This document shows positions 39,228 through 51,119 of a DNA stretch of 64,000 nucleotides, piece by piece (the stretch's first letter is position 1; each line of letters begins with the position of its first letter). The position numbers were made by a program, and so were the translations under genes. Below the pieces are notes generated by a model. It saw only the letters and a list, made by a program, of their open reading frames with translations, ran no database searches and had not been told where the DNA came from. This DNA is from an uncultured Bacilli bacterium (GTDB taxonomy: Bacteria > Bacillota_I > Bacilli_A > RF39 > UBA660), in the NCBI GenBank assembly GCA_947628965.1, contig CANRBV010000003.1, positions 2,653 to 66,652 of the forward strand, in the 5' to 3' direction.

Positions 39228-41735
39228 TTATATTTCTTTTTCCTCTTCGATAATTTCTGTTTTATCAATAATATCAGTGTTGTCTATAAGAGTATTTTCA
39301 GATTCACTATTTTCATCAATTTCGGGCATTTTTTCTACCAAACTTATATTAGAAACTTCTTGTCCATCTTTTAAATTAATAACTCGAACCCCTTGTGTAA
39401 CTCGACCAAGTTTGTTAATTTGTTCTAATGGAATACGAATTACCATACCAGTATTTGTAATAATAATTAAATCACTATTTTCCTCTGCTAATCTAAATGC
39501 AGCCATTGTGCCATTCTTATCAGTGATATTTAATGCTTTGACACCTTTGCTTCCTCTTCTGGTTTGTCGATAATCACTAATTAAAGTTTGTTTCCCATAT
39601 CCTTTTCTCGTTACAACAATCAAAGAATCATTTTCAGTAGCGATTTCGGCACCAATGCATTCTCCTCCGTCGAGATTAATACCACGAACTCCGCTAGCAG
39701 TACGTCCCATAACACGGATTTCATCTTCATTAAACTTAACCATTCTTCCATTGCTAGATCCAAGTAAAATCATATCCTTACCTGTCGTTTTTTTAACAGA
39801 AATCAACTCATCTGAAGGACGTAAGTTAATTGAAATTTTTCCGTTTGTACGTATATTATCGAATTCATTAATACTTGTTCTTTTTACAATTCCATGTTTT
39901 GTAGCAAATAATAAGTATTTTGCTTCATCATTACGTTTAATGCTTAAAATTGAATTAACTTTTTCCTCTTTATCAATTTGCAATAAGTTGATAATTGGTA
40001 AGCCCTTTGATTGTCTACTAAATTCTGGAATTTCATAACCCTTTAATCGATAAACCTTACCTTTATTTGTAAAGAATAGAATGTAATCATGTGTGCATAA
40101 GTTTACCAAATGTTCAACATAATCTTCTTCATTGGTATTCATGCCCTTAATACCTACTCCTCCACGGTTTTGTAATTTAAACGTATCAGAAGTTGTTCTT
40201 TTAATATAACCATTGTGCGTAAGTGCAATAATGATATCTTCTTCTGGTATTAAAGACTCATCTTCAATATATTCAATGGCAGACATATCGATATTTGTTC
40301 TTCGCTCATCAGCATATTTATTCTTAATTTCTAATAATTCTTCTCTAATAATAGCAAGAACTTTTTCTTCACTCGCTAAAATACTACGATATTCTTCAAT
40401 AACTTTTAATAATTCAGCAAGTTCTGCTTCGATTTTTTCTCTTTCTAAGCCAGTTAAACGGCGTAATCTCATATCCAAAATAGCTTGAGCTTGTACTTCA
40501 TCCAAATTAAATTTAGACATTAATTGTTCTTTAGCAATAATATCTGTTTCACTTTCACGAATCGTTTTAATTACTGCATCTAAATTATCTAAAGCTATTT
40601 TTAAACCTTCTAAAATGTGAACTCTTTCTTCTGCTTTTGCCAAATCAAATTGAGTTCTTCGAATAATGATTTCTTTTTGATAATCAATATATTTTGAAAT
40701 AATATCCTTAAGACCTAATACTTTAGGTGCTCCTTGATCAATCATTAATAAATTAATACCATAAGTTGTTTGCAATTGTGTATATTTATATAAATTATTT
40801 AAAATAACATTGGCATTTGCATCTCTTTTTAAATAAATAACTACACGAACGGGATTTTCCAAGTTAGATTCTTCATGTAATTCACTAATCCCATCAATAA
40901 TTTTGTCACGAACAAGTTCTCCAATACGAGATTGGAATTCTGCTTTATTAACTTGATAAGGAAGTTCTGTAACCACAATTCTTGTTTTGCCATTCACTTC
41001 TTCAATGTCGGCTTTACCACGAATAGTAATAGTTCCTCTACCTGTTTCATAGGCTTTTTTAATACCACTATTACCTAAAATGGAAGCTCCTGTTGGAAAA
41101 TCTGGACCTTTAATATATTGCATTAAACCATCGGTATCAATATCTTGATTATCGATATATGCAACACAACCATCTATAACTTCTCCCAAGTTATGAGGAG
41201 GAATATTTGTTGCCATACCAACCGCAATACCCATTGTTCCATTTACTAAGATATTTGGAAAACGACTAGGTAATATTTTTGGTTCTGATTCTGTTTCATC
41301 AAAGTTTGGTACAAAATCAACTGTATTTTTATTTAAATCTCGTACCATTTCAAGAGAAAGTTTAGATAAACGAGCTTCAGTATAACGCATTGCTGCAGCA
41401 CCATCGCCATCCATATTACCAAAGTTTCCATGGCCATCCACAAGTACGTGACGGAAACTAAATGGTTGAGCCATTCTAACCATAGCATCGTAAATTGAAG
41501 AATCACCATGAGGATGATATTTACCCATTGTATCTCCGACAATTCTAGCACTTTTACGATGTGGCTTATCAGGTGTATAACCCGATTCATACATAGAATA
41601 TAAAATACGACGATGTACAGGTTTTAAACCATCTCTTAAATCTGGTAATGCACGAGCAACAATAACACTCATTGCATAGCGTCCAAAAGAATCTTTTACT
41701 TCTTCAACTATATTATTTTCAATTATTTTATCCAT
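39228..41735 (-). CDS. gyrA: DNA gyrase subunit A
   Basis: Active-site region AMRYTEARL and the QRDR-like [17 protein letters not shown] are present. Size is 835 aa. Confidence 0.95.
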   Translation of the reverse strand: MDKIIENNIVEEVKDSFGRYAMSVIVARALPDLRDGLKPVHRRILYSMYESGYTPDKPHRKSARIVGDTMGKYHPHGDSSIYDAMVRMAQPFSFRHVLVDGHGNFGNMDGDGAAAMRYTEARLSKLSLEMVRDLNKNTVDFVPNFDETESEPKILPSRFPNILVNGTMGIAVGMATNIPPHNLGEVIDGCVAYIDNQDIDTDGLMQYIKGPDFPTGASILGNSGIKKAYETGRGTITIRGKADIEEVNGKTRIVVTELPYQVNKAEFQSRIGELVRDKIIDGISELHEESNLENPVRVVIYLKRDANANVILNNLYKYTQLQTTYGINLLMIDQGAPKVLGLKDIISKYIDYQKEIIIRRTQFDLAKAEERVHILEGLKIALDNLDAVIKTIRESETDIIAKEQLMSKFNLDEVQAQAILDMRLRRLTGLEREKIEAELAELLKVIEEYRSILASEEKVLAIIREELLEIKNKYADERRTNIDMSAIEYIEDESLIPEEDIIIALTHNGYIKRTTSDTFKLQNRGGVGIKGMNTNEEDYVEHLVNLCTHDYILFFTNKGKVYRLKGYEIPEFSRQSKGLPIINLLQIDKEEKVNSILSIKRNDEAKYLLFATKHGIVKRTSINEFDNIRTNGKISINLRPSDELISVKKTTGKDMILLGSSNGRMVKFNEDEIRVMGRTASGVRGINLDGGECIGAEIATENDSLIVVTRKGYGKQTLISDYRQTRRGSKGVKALNITDKNGTMAAFRLAEENSDLIIITNTGMVIRIPLEQINKLGRVTQGVRVINLKDGQEVSNISLVEKMPEIDENSESENTLIDNTDIIDKTEIIEEEKEI

Positions 41736-41747
41736 ACCCTACACCTC

Positions 41748-43676
<1,929 letters not shown>

Positions 43677-44768
43677 TTAAACCTCCTTTAATGTTCCATT
43701 CTCTACATAAATTTTTTTATAATCACAATTATTTAATAAAGATTCGACCTTACTAATTTCTGTTGTTGTAATAAAAGTCTGTGTATCTTTATCAATTAAT
43801 TTAAATATATTTTCTATTTTTTCCATATCAAGTTCACTAAATAAATCATCCAATATTAAAATAGGAATTACTTTTTTTTCTTGTTTCATTATTTCTATTT
43901 CACTAAATTTCCATGAAATAACAGCATTTTTTTGTTGACCTTCACTCCCATATTCTTTTAATAAATAAGAATCTAAAGAAAATTCAATATCATCATGGTG
44001 AATACCAACATTTGTTTTTCCAAAAGACATATCTTTACTTAAATTTTTATGATAAAGTCTTTTTAATTCTTCTTTTGATTTCTTATCATAATCACTAATA
44101 TATCGAACTTCTAAATTACCAGAATTAGTAATAGAACGATATATATTTTTTAAAAATAAATTTACCAATTCTAAATACTTTTTTCGACTTTCATAAATTG
44201 ATATTCCAACATCAATAAGTTTTTCTGTAAGAATATCTAAATAAGATTCTAAAGAATTACCATTTAAATACATTCTTTTTAAGTAAACATTCCTTGTTTT
44301 TAGTAATTTGTTATACTGGTTTAATTCTTTTAAATATGTAACATTTAGCTGAGATATAGCAATATTTAAATACTTTCTTCTTATACTCGGTGTATCTTTA
44401 ATCATTTTTAAATCATTTGGACTAAATAATACAATATTAATTTTAGAAATATAATCACTAATTTTTGTAATTTTATTATTATCAATTTTAACTTTTTTAC
44501 CTTCTGGCGTTATTATAACTTTATAAGTATTTTGATATACATTTTTAATAATTCCTTCTACTTTTGTTATATCAGAACCATTTTTAATTAAAGTTTTATC
44601 ATTGGTTTGTTTAAATGATCTAGATAAAGCTAGAACATAAATGGCTTCAACTAAATTTGTTTTGCCACTTCCATTTTTTCCATAAATAATATTAAAATGA
44701 TTTTTAAAGGAAATATGTATTCTTTCATAATTTCTAAAATTTAGCAATTTTAATTCCTGTATTTGCAT
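43677..44768 (-). CDS. recF: DNA replication and repair protein RecF
   Basis: Walker A GKNGSGKTN and an SMC-like signature are present. Size is 363 aa. Confidence 0.9.
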   Translation of the reverse strand: MQIQELKLLNFRNYERIHISFKNHFNIIYGKNGSGKTNLVEAIYVLALSRSFKQTNDKTLIKNGSDITKVEGIIKNVYQNTYKVIITPEGKKVKIDNNKITKISDYISKINIVLFSPNDLKMIKDTPSIRRKYLNIAISQLNVTYLKELNQYNKLLKTRNVYLKRMYLNGNSLESYLDILTEKLIDVGISIYESRKKYLELVNLFLKNIYRSITNSGNLEVRYISDYDKKSKEELKRLYHKNLSKDMSFGKTNVGIHHDDIEFSLDSYLLKEYGSEGQQKNAVISWKFSEIEIMKQEKKVIPILILDDLFSELDMEKIENIFKLIDKDTQTFITTTEISKVESLLNNCDYKKIYVENGTLKEV

Positions 44769-45009
44769 ATTTTGCCTCTTTTACGCCCGTATAATAAAAA
44801 TAATAGGTATTTATGTACTCCCATACCTATTAAAATTATAACATATTTTAAGACCTTTTTAAACATTTTTTAATAAAAATTTTTTATTTTATGAAAGCAT
44901 TTAAACAAATTACTTTTTCCTAAATATCAACAATTCTTGCTTTTTTAAAATAAATGAGTTAAAGACGCTTAAATATATCCTTAAAAAATGCATTTTTATC
45001 TAAAATTTA

Positions 45010-45462
45010 TTATTTATTTAATTCCTTTTTACGATCATTTAGGACATGTTCTAATCTAGTAGCTCTTAGTATTTGTTTATTAAATACATCATAAGAAATT
45101 TTTAAATAAATTTTATTACCATTTTTAAACTCGATCATTAAATGATTATTTTTATAATAAAATTTATCAATTTTATTACTTCGAATCCAGGAACACTCAT
45201 CACATCTAGGACTTGAGGTAGGAAAAAAGATTAAATCATTTGTTTCTTCAACTATGATTGGAGCTTTATAACTTACTCCAATCAATTTTTCTGTTCCTCT
45301 TTTTCTACCATTTAACGAACTTCCAAAATAAGTACAACTCTCTTCCATAATTGTAGTTGCTGATTTGTCTATAATAAAACTTTTGTCCTCTTCATATACT
45401 CTTGTTTTATTTTGCATTCCATATAAAGCAATAGTTTTATCATTAATCTCATAATGATCCAT
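45010..45462 (-). CDS. comK: ComK-family protein (competence transcription factor homologue)
   Basis: SCTYFGSSLNGRKRGT matches ComK SCRFFGSSYAGRKAGT. PIIVEETNDLIFFPTSSP matches PPIMVDPSNQIFLFPTLSS. ISYDVFNKQILRATRL matches ISYNSFENQVYRTAWL. Confidence 0.6.
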   Translation of the reverse strand: MDHYEINDKTIALYGMQNKTRVYEEDKSFIIDKSATTIMEESCTYFGSSLNGRKRGTEKLIGVSYKAPIIVEETNDLIFFPTSSPRCDECSWIRSNKIDKFYYKNNHLMIEFKNGNKIYLKISYDVFNKQILRATRLEHVLNDRKKELNK

Positions 45463-45552
45463 TTCTCCTCACCTCCCCCATTTCGTAAATTGTTTTCTAT
45501 GTTAACAAGGGAAAAATGAAAATTTTGTCAAAAAATGAAAAAAACCTACTTT

Positions 45553-46671
45553 TTAGTAAGTTTTTATTGGTAAAATTAATTGTATTAAGGATTCATCAGA
45601 TACTGATTTTAAAACAATTGGTTTTATATCGTCATTCATTAAAAGTAAAATTTCTTCTTCTTTAATGGTTTTTAAAGCTTCTAACATGTACTTTGAACTG
45701 AAAGATATATCAATTTTAGAACTTTCATCTGTATCCACTGAAAGTTTTCCATTGGCATTACCAAGCTCAGATGCATACGAACTAATTGTAAGTAATTTAT
45801 TGTTTAATTGCATGCGAATAATATTTTTGTCCTTACCTTGTGCTAATAGAGAAAAACGATCAACACTCGCTATTAATTCATCTTTATTTACTTTAACAAT
45901 AATACCATATTCATTAGGAATTAAATTAGAAGTATTTGGATAAGTTCCTGATAATAAATTTGTTTGAAATTTAATATTTTTATATTTAAATAAGACTTTA
46001 TTATTAAATATATGAATTTCTACTTTTTCTTCATCTGTTATAATTTTTTCAAGTTCTATAATATTTTTACCAGGTAAAACTATATTTATATCTGTTTCAA
46101 CAGGAGTATCTAATTTAATATTTTTCTTAGCAAGACGATAGGAATCGGTAGCAATAAATAATAAAGAATCTCCTGTAATTGTCATATTAATACCTGTAAG
46201 AAGAGGTCTTAATTCTTGTGTAGAAATAGCAAAAACTGTTTGATTAATTAATTCTTTTAATACATCACCTTTTAATAAAATAGGATCTTTATGTTCTTCC
46301 ATTTTTAAATTAGGATAATCATTTGCATCCAAACAATTCAATTGAAATTGATCATTTTCAGTATAAATTCTAACTTTTAATTTATCAATCATTTCAAAAT
46401 CGATAATATCACTAGGTAACTTTCTTATAATATCTAATAAAAATTTACTTTGTATAATAGTCGTTCCTGAATTTTCTATATGTTTAATTTCTTTCGCTTC
46501 TATAAATGAATTAATTGTAAGTTCACTATCGCTTGCAGTTAAAGATAAGCCTTTTTCAGTTAATTCAAATTTTATTCCGTTTAAAACAGGTATAACATTT
46601 TTAGTAGATATTGCCTTTATAACATTTGTTAAATTTTCTAATAAAATATTTTTATCAATTGTAAATTTCAT
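45553..46671 (-). CDS. dnaN: DNA polymerase III beta sliding clamp
   Basis: 372 aa with a three-domain clamp architecture. Located immediately downstream of dnaA. Confidence 0.9.
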   Translation of the reverse strand: MKFTIDKNILLENLTNVIKAISTKNVIPVLNGIKFELTEKGLSLTASDSELTINSFIEAKEIKHIENSGTTIIQSKFLLDIIRKLPSDIIDFEMIDKLKVRIYTENDQFQLNCLDANDYPNLKMEEHKDPILLKGDVLKELINQTVFAISTQELRPLLTGINMTITGDSLLFIATDSYRLAKKNIKLDTPVETDINIVLPGKNIIELEKIITDEEKVEIHIFNNKVLFKYKNIKFQTNLLSGTYPNTSNLIPNEYGIIVKVNKDELIASVDRFSLLAQGKDKNIIRMQLNNKLLTISSYASELGNANGKLSVDTDESSKIDISFSSKYMLEALKTIKEEEILLLMNDDIKPIVLKSVSDESLIQLILPIKTY

Positions 46672-46811
46672 TTTTTTTCCTTCTTTCTTTTTTTGTTTAT
46701 TTTTATTATAGTGTGGATAATGTTTACAAGTGTCTATTTTCTTTTATTACCTTTATTTATTTTTATTTTTTTAGTGAATAACTTTTTTTAAAAGTTTTAT
46801 TTATTCACATT
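46672..46811. promoter_or_regulatory. DnaA-box cluster and AT-rich region between dnaA and dnaN (oriC right part)
   Basis: A perfect TGTGGATAA lies at 46702-46710. GTGAATAA lies at 46774-46781 and TTATTCACA at 46801-46809. Confidence 0.6.
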
Positions 46812-48182
46812 TCATAATTTATTTTTTATTTCTTGAATTTCTTGCTGTAATTTTTTATTTTCTTTTAAATCTTTATTTATTTTTTCATAAGCATGAATTA
46901 CAGTAGAATGATCTTTTCCACCAAATTCAAATCCTATCCGTGGAAAAGTTTCTTCAGTAAGCATTCTTGATAAATACATAGCTATTTGTCTTGGAATTGC
47001 AAATTGATTACTTCTTTTTTTCCCTTTTAAATCCTCTACTGTTATATGATAGTAATCTGCAACTACTTGTTGAATATTTTCAATGGTATTTTCTGAATAA
47101 ATATTTACATTTAAGTAATCTTTTAATGCTTCATTTGCAAACGCTAAATCAATTTTTTCAGGAACTACCATAGCTGTATAAGCCATCAATCTTCTTAAAG
47201 TACTTTCTAAGAAACGCACGTCATTTTGACAATTATTTGCTATATATTCAATAACATCGTCTTCTACCATATGTTCAATACTCATACCTTTTAATTTCTG
47301 CTTTAAAATGCGACATCTTAAATCAAATTCTGGAGGGTCGATATTAACTGTTAATCCCCATAAAAATCGACTTTTTAAACGCTCTTCAATTTTCTTTAAA
47401 TCATTTGGACTTTTATCAGAACTTATAATAATTTGTTTATTTGCTTGATGTAATGCTTGGAATGTATGGAAGAATTCTTCTTGTGTTTTCTCAGCTCCTA
47501 CTAGATATTGAATATCATCTATAATAAGAACATCTACATTTCGATATTTATTTTTAAAATGATTAGAATAATCTATAGATTCCTTCCCCTTATCTTTACC
47601 AATAATACCAATATAATCATTCATAAACATATCGCAGGTAGTATAAAGAACTTTCAAATCTGTATTACTGGCAATAAAATTTCCAATTGCTTGCATTAAA
47701 TGAGTTTTTCCAATCCCACTTTTTCCATATATAAACAAAGGATTATATAATTTTCCAGGAGCTTCTGCAACAGCCATTCCACTTACTTTTGCAAGTTGAT
47801 TGGTTTCCCCTACTATAAATGTATCAAAATTTAATTCAGGTTTTAGATTACTTATCCACAATTCTTCTGTATCTGAATGTTCATTATTGTTTTCAGTCAT
47901 TTCGATATGTTCTTTTTCTATTTCCTCTTCTAAAACAAAATTAATATCATAATTAATATCCGATAATTTATATAAAGTGTCTTCAATTAAAGAATAATAA
48001 GTGTCTCCTAATATTTTCTTGTGAATTTCCATAGGAACTTGTATAATCATTCTATTGTTTTCTATTTGAATTAACTTTAAATCATTAAACCAAGCATTGT
48101 AAGAAACCGAACTAATTTCATTTTTTATATTATTTAGAAAATTAGTCCATAAATTTTGATTATCAATTAACAATTCCCTCAC
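46812..48182 (-). CDS. dnaA: Chromosomal replication initiator DnaA
   Basis: AAA+ Walker A GKSGIGKTHL. The C-terminal DNA-binding domain has the DnaA signature. Confidence 0.95.
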   Translation of the reverse strand: MRELLIDNQNLWTNFLNNIKNEISSVSYNAWFNDLKLIQIENNRMIIQVPMEIHKKILGDTYYSLIEDTLYKLSDINYDINFVLEEEIEKEHIEMTENNNEHSDTEELWISNLKPELNFDTFIVGETNQLAKVSGMAVAEAPGKLYNPLFIYGKSGIGKTHLMQAIGNFIASNTDLKVLYTTCDMFMNDYIGIIGKDKGKESIDYSNHFKNKYRNVDVLIIDDIQYLVGAEKTQEEFFHTFQALHQANKQIIISSDKSPNDLKKIEERLKSRFLWGLTVNIDPPEFDLRCRILKQKLKGMSIEHMVEDDVIEYIANNCQNDVRFLESTLRRLMAYTAMVVPEKIDLAFANEALKDYLNVNIYSENTIENIQQVVADYYHITVEDLKGKKRSNQFAIPRQIAMYLSRMLTEETFPRIGFEFGGKDHSTVIHAYEKINKDLKENKKLQQEIQEIKNKL

Positions 48183-48520
48183 CCCACTCTCTGTACTATT
48201 TTCTGTATTTTCATTTTATCTCAATAATCTTGGAATGAAAAGTAAAAAAATAAAACAATTCAGTTATTCACAGGTTATCCACTTAAATTTTTCTTTATAA
48301 TACATGACTTTTTGACATTTATCAACATTATTCACAATTTTTTATAAAAAAATATTCACATGTTTATAATACTTATCTACAATCAGTTTATTAAGTGAAT
48401 AATTTAGTAAATATAATTGACAATTCTTTATTTTTGGATAAAATAGAGATATCTTGAACGTTATAAAAAATTTTGTGTTTATGTGTTTAAAAATTAGATA
48501 GGTATAGAAAGAGGAAAAGA
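48183..48520. promoter_or_regulatory. oriC upstream part: cluster of DnaA boxes and AT-rich DNA-unwinding region
   Basis: At least seven near-consensus boxes were counted by eye. They include TTATTCACA at 48263, TTATCCAC at 48274, TTATTCACA at 48328, ATATTCACA at 48351, TTATCTACA at 48372, GTGAATAA at 48393 and TTATCCAA (reverse complement) at 48434. Confidence 0.65.
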
Positions 48521-48522
48521 AT

Positions 48523-48789
48523 ATGAAAATCAAAAATGTTAGAGATGGAAAAAAACGTAATTCTAAAAAATATATTTTAACAATTGCTTTAATTGGAGTT
48601 GGTACTTTTTATATATGGGTAATATGGGCAATATGGACAATGAATTCAATTAGAAATTCAATAATTGATTTAGAAGCTAACGTAACGACAGAAGTAGAAG
48701 AATTAGCAGAATATTTAGAAGAATATAATGATAAAAAAGAATTTACTTATGAAGAAAAACAAAAAATTCTGGAAATTTTAAAAAAATAA
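48523..48789 (+). CDS. Hypothetical small membrane protein (88 aa)
   Basis: ORF with one TM (ILTIALIGVGTFYIWVIWAIW). No homology recognised. Confidence 0.3.
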   Translation: MKIKNVRDGKKRNSKKYILTIALIGVGTFYIWVIWAIWTMNSIRNSIIDLEANVTTEVEELAEYLEEYNDKKEFTYEEKQKILEILKK

Positions 48790-48875
48790 AATTTTAAGGG
48801 CTAGTTATTATTTCTTGACAATTTTTTAAAAGAAATATTATAATAAAGAAGCTTGATTTAAAGGAGGAACAATTA

Positions 48876-49003
48876 TGAAAATAGGCACTTATCAACCAAA
48901 TAAAAGAAAAAAAGCTAAAAAACATGGTTTTTTTGCGCGTAAAGAAACAAAAATTTTAAAAAATAGACGAAAAAAAGGTCGTAAAAATTTAATAACGAAG
49001 TAA
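48876..49003 (+). CDS. rpmH: 50S ribosomal protein L34, reading frame interrupted by an apparent 1-nt deletion in a poly-A tract
   Basis: A perfect RBS AAAGGAGGA lies 7 nt before the ATG. Frame 0 gives MKIGTYQP, matching the L34 N-terminus, then runs into a stop after 27 codons. The +2 frame gives NKRKKAKKHGFFARKETKILKNRRKKGRKNLITK, the L34 body. One extra A between codon 8 and GCT would restore an intact 43-aa L34. Confidence 0.6.
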
Positions 49004-49049
49004 ACCACAGTACGTGGTTTTTTTGCTATTTTAGAAGGAGGGGATTTTA

Positions 49050-49379
49050 ATGAAAAAAAAAGATATTATAAAATCTAAAAGAGAATTTAATTATATTATC
49101 AACAATTGTTCTTATATAAAGAATAAAAATTTTGTTATATATATAAAGAAAAAAGAAGATAAAATTCCCCTTTTTGGAATAGCCATTAGTAAAAAAGTAG
49201 GAAATGCAGTTGAGAGAAATAAATTAAAAAGACAAACGAGAATGATTATAGATATTTTAAAACAAAACTTTAAAAATTATAATGATTATATTATAATGAT
49301 TAAAAAGGATTGTAAATTAATATCATTTAAAGAGATGAAAGAATCTTTAGAAAATTTAATAGAAAGGAGTAATCAATAA
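49050..49379 (+). CDS. rnpA: Ribonuclease P protein component
   Basis: 109 aa, basic. The KLKRQTRMII motif is typical of RnpA. Located downstream of rpmH. Confidence 0.85.
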   Translation: MKKKDIIKSKREFNYIINNCSYIKNKNFVIYIKKKEDKIPLFGIAISKKVGNAVERNKLKRQTRMIIDILKQNFKNYNDYIIMIKKDCKLISFKEMKESLENLIERSNQ

Positions 49380-49412
49380 TAAAAAATATTCATTATTGAT
49401 TGTACGAATTTT

Positions 49413-50369
49413 ATGAAAATTAAGAAAATAATTTTATTACTAGTAATGGTTTTAACTTTAACTACAGGATGTGGAAATAAAACTTATTTGAAAGAAGATA
49501 AGACAATTGTAACCTATGAACCAACGGGTCAAAGTTTACAAAATAATATTTTATGTCAACCAAAAGAACAAGAATTATATGATGTTTATGTAAAATACAA
49601 TGATCAATTAAAAACAAAATTAGAAGATCTACCAACATGTGAAAATTTTAAACCAAATGATATTAAATATCATAGTTTATGGGAATCCTTTTTTGTAAAA
49701 CCAATTGCTTGGTTAATATTAAAATTAGGAATATTACTTAAAAATTACGGATTATCTGTTATGTTAATTGGTTTAGGAATAAGACTTGTGCTCTTACCAT
49801 TTTCTAAAAAAACTATGGATCAATCTGAAAATATGAAAAAAGCTCAACCAGAAATTCAAAAAATTGAAAAAAAATATGCTAATAAAACAGATACAGATTC
49901 TATGATGATGAAAAGCCAAGAAACAATGTTAGTTTATAAAAAATATAAAATTAATCCTATTTCAGGATGTTTAATTGCATTTATACAATTGCCATTATTC
50001 TTTGCCTTCTTACAAGCAATTAATCGTGTACCTGCTATATTTGAAGATAGTCTATTTGGAATGAAATTAGGTATGACACCCCTTGTTGGATTAAGTCAAG
50101 GCAAGTATATTTATATCGGATTATTATTACTTATTATCTTATCTACTTATTTTTCATTTAAAAATTCAATGAATAGTCAAAGTGGAAATAGCGAAATGGA
50201 ACGACAAATGCAGTTCACTTTAAAATTTATGATAATAATGATTTCCATTGCATCCTTTAGTTTACCAACTGCTATAGCACTTTACTGGATAGTAACTAAT
50301 GGCTTTGCAGTAATTCAAAATATTGTATTTAAAAAATTAAGAGAACGTGGTAAAAAGAGAGGTAAATAA
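49413..50369 (+). CDS. yidC: Membrane protein insertase YidC/SpoIIIJ (lipoprotein form)
   Basis: Lipobox LTLTTGCGN, a 60-kDa inner-membrane-protein core with five TMs, and a basic C-terminal tail. Confidence 0.85.
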   Translation: MKIKKIILLLVMVLTLTTGCGNKTYLKEDKTIVTYEPTGQSLQNNILCQPKEQELYDVYVKYNDQLKTKLEDLPTCENFKPNDIKYHSLWESFFVKPIAWLILKLGILLKNYGLSVMLIGLGIRLVLLPFSKKTMDQSENMKKAQPEIQKIEKKYANKTDTDSMMMKSQETMLVYKKYKINPISGCLIAFIQLPLFFAFLQAINRVPAIFEDSLFGMKLGMTPLVGLSQGKYIYIGLLLLIILSTYFSFKNSMNSQSGNSEMERQMQFTLKFMIIMISIASFSLPTAIALYWIVTNGFAVIQNIVFKKLRERGKKRGK

Positions 50370-50371
50370 AA

Positions 50372-50986
50372 ATGAATGAAGTAATATTAGAAGCAAAAAC
50401 AAAAGAAGAAGCAATTAAACTTGCAACAGAAAAATTAAATGCAAGTGAAAGTGAGATAGTCTATCATATTGATGAAGAAGTAAGTGGACGTCTATTTAAA
50501 TCAAGTACATATAAAATAAAAGCGATTACCTTAATTGATTTAGTAGAAAACATAAAGGACTATTTAAAAGAAGTTATTACCAATTTAGGTTTAGATGTTC
50601 AATTTGAATCTTCTATAAGAGAAAGAAGAATTTCCATTACGATGTATGCAGATAACAATGCTATATTAATTGGTAAAAATGGACAAACCTTAAAAGCACT
50701 TGAAACTCTTGCCAAGCAAAAAGTACAAAATGATTATAATGTCCATATCAACTTGAATTTAGACGTTGAAAACTATAAAGAAAAACGCATTAAAAATTTA
50801 GAATATATGGCCAAAAAAATAGCCAGAGAGGTAAGAAGCACTAAAGTAGAAGCAACATTAGAAAATATGAATTCATTTGAAAGAAGAATTGTTCACAATG
50901 TATTAACAGATTTCAAAGGAGTTACGACAATAAGTGAAGGAGAAGAACCAGACCGTCATGTCATAATAAAACCTACTGATAATTAA
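50372..50986 (+). CDS. jag: Jag/KhpB (KH + R3H domain RNA-binding protein)
   Basis: Canonical position after yidC. A KH-like region with GKNGQTLKALETLA (GxxG) and R3H-like C-terminus are present. Confidence 0.8.
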   Translation: MNEVILEAKTKEEAIKLATEKLNASESEIVYHIDEEVSGRLFKSSTYKIKAITLIDLVENIKDYLKEVITNLGLDVQFESSIRERRISITMYADNNAILIGKNGQTLKALETLAKQKVQNDYNVHINLNLDVENYKEKRIKNLEYMAKKIAREVRSTKVEATLENMNSFERRIVHNVLTDFKGVTTISEGEEPDRHVIIKPTDN

Positions 50987-51119
50987 ACCAGTAGGTTTTT
51001 AACTGTTTTTTTAAATATAAAATTTATTGTTAATAATTATATAGAATATAGAACAATATAGAAAAAGTAATCTATTTACAAGAAAATATGGTATAATACC
51101 CGCGAAGGAGAGGGTGCTT

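Noticed and set aside
39157-39573. 138-aa plus-strand ORF
   Set aside because: It lies entirely inside gyrA on the opposite strand, with low-complexity S/I/L-rich translation typical of antisense frames in AT-rich DNA.
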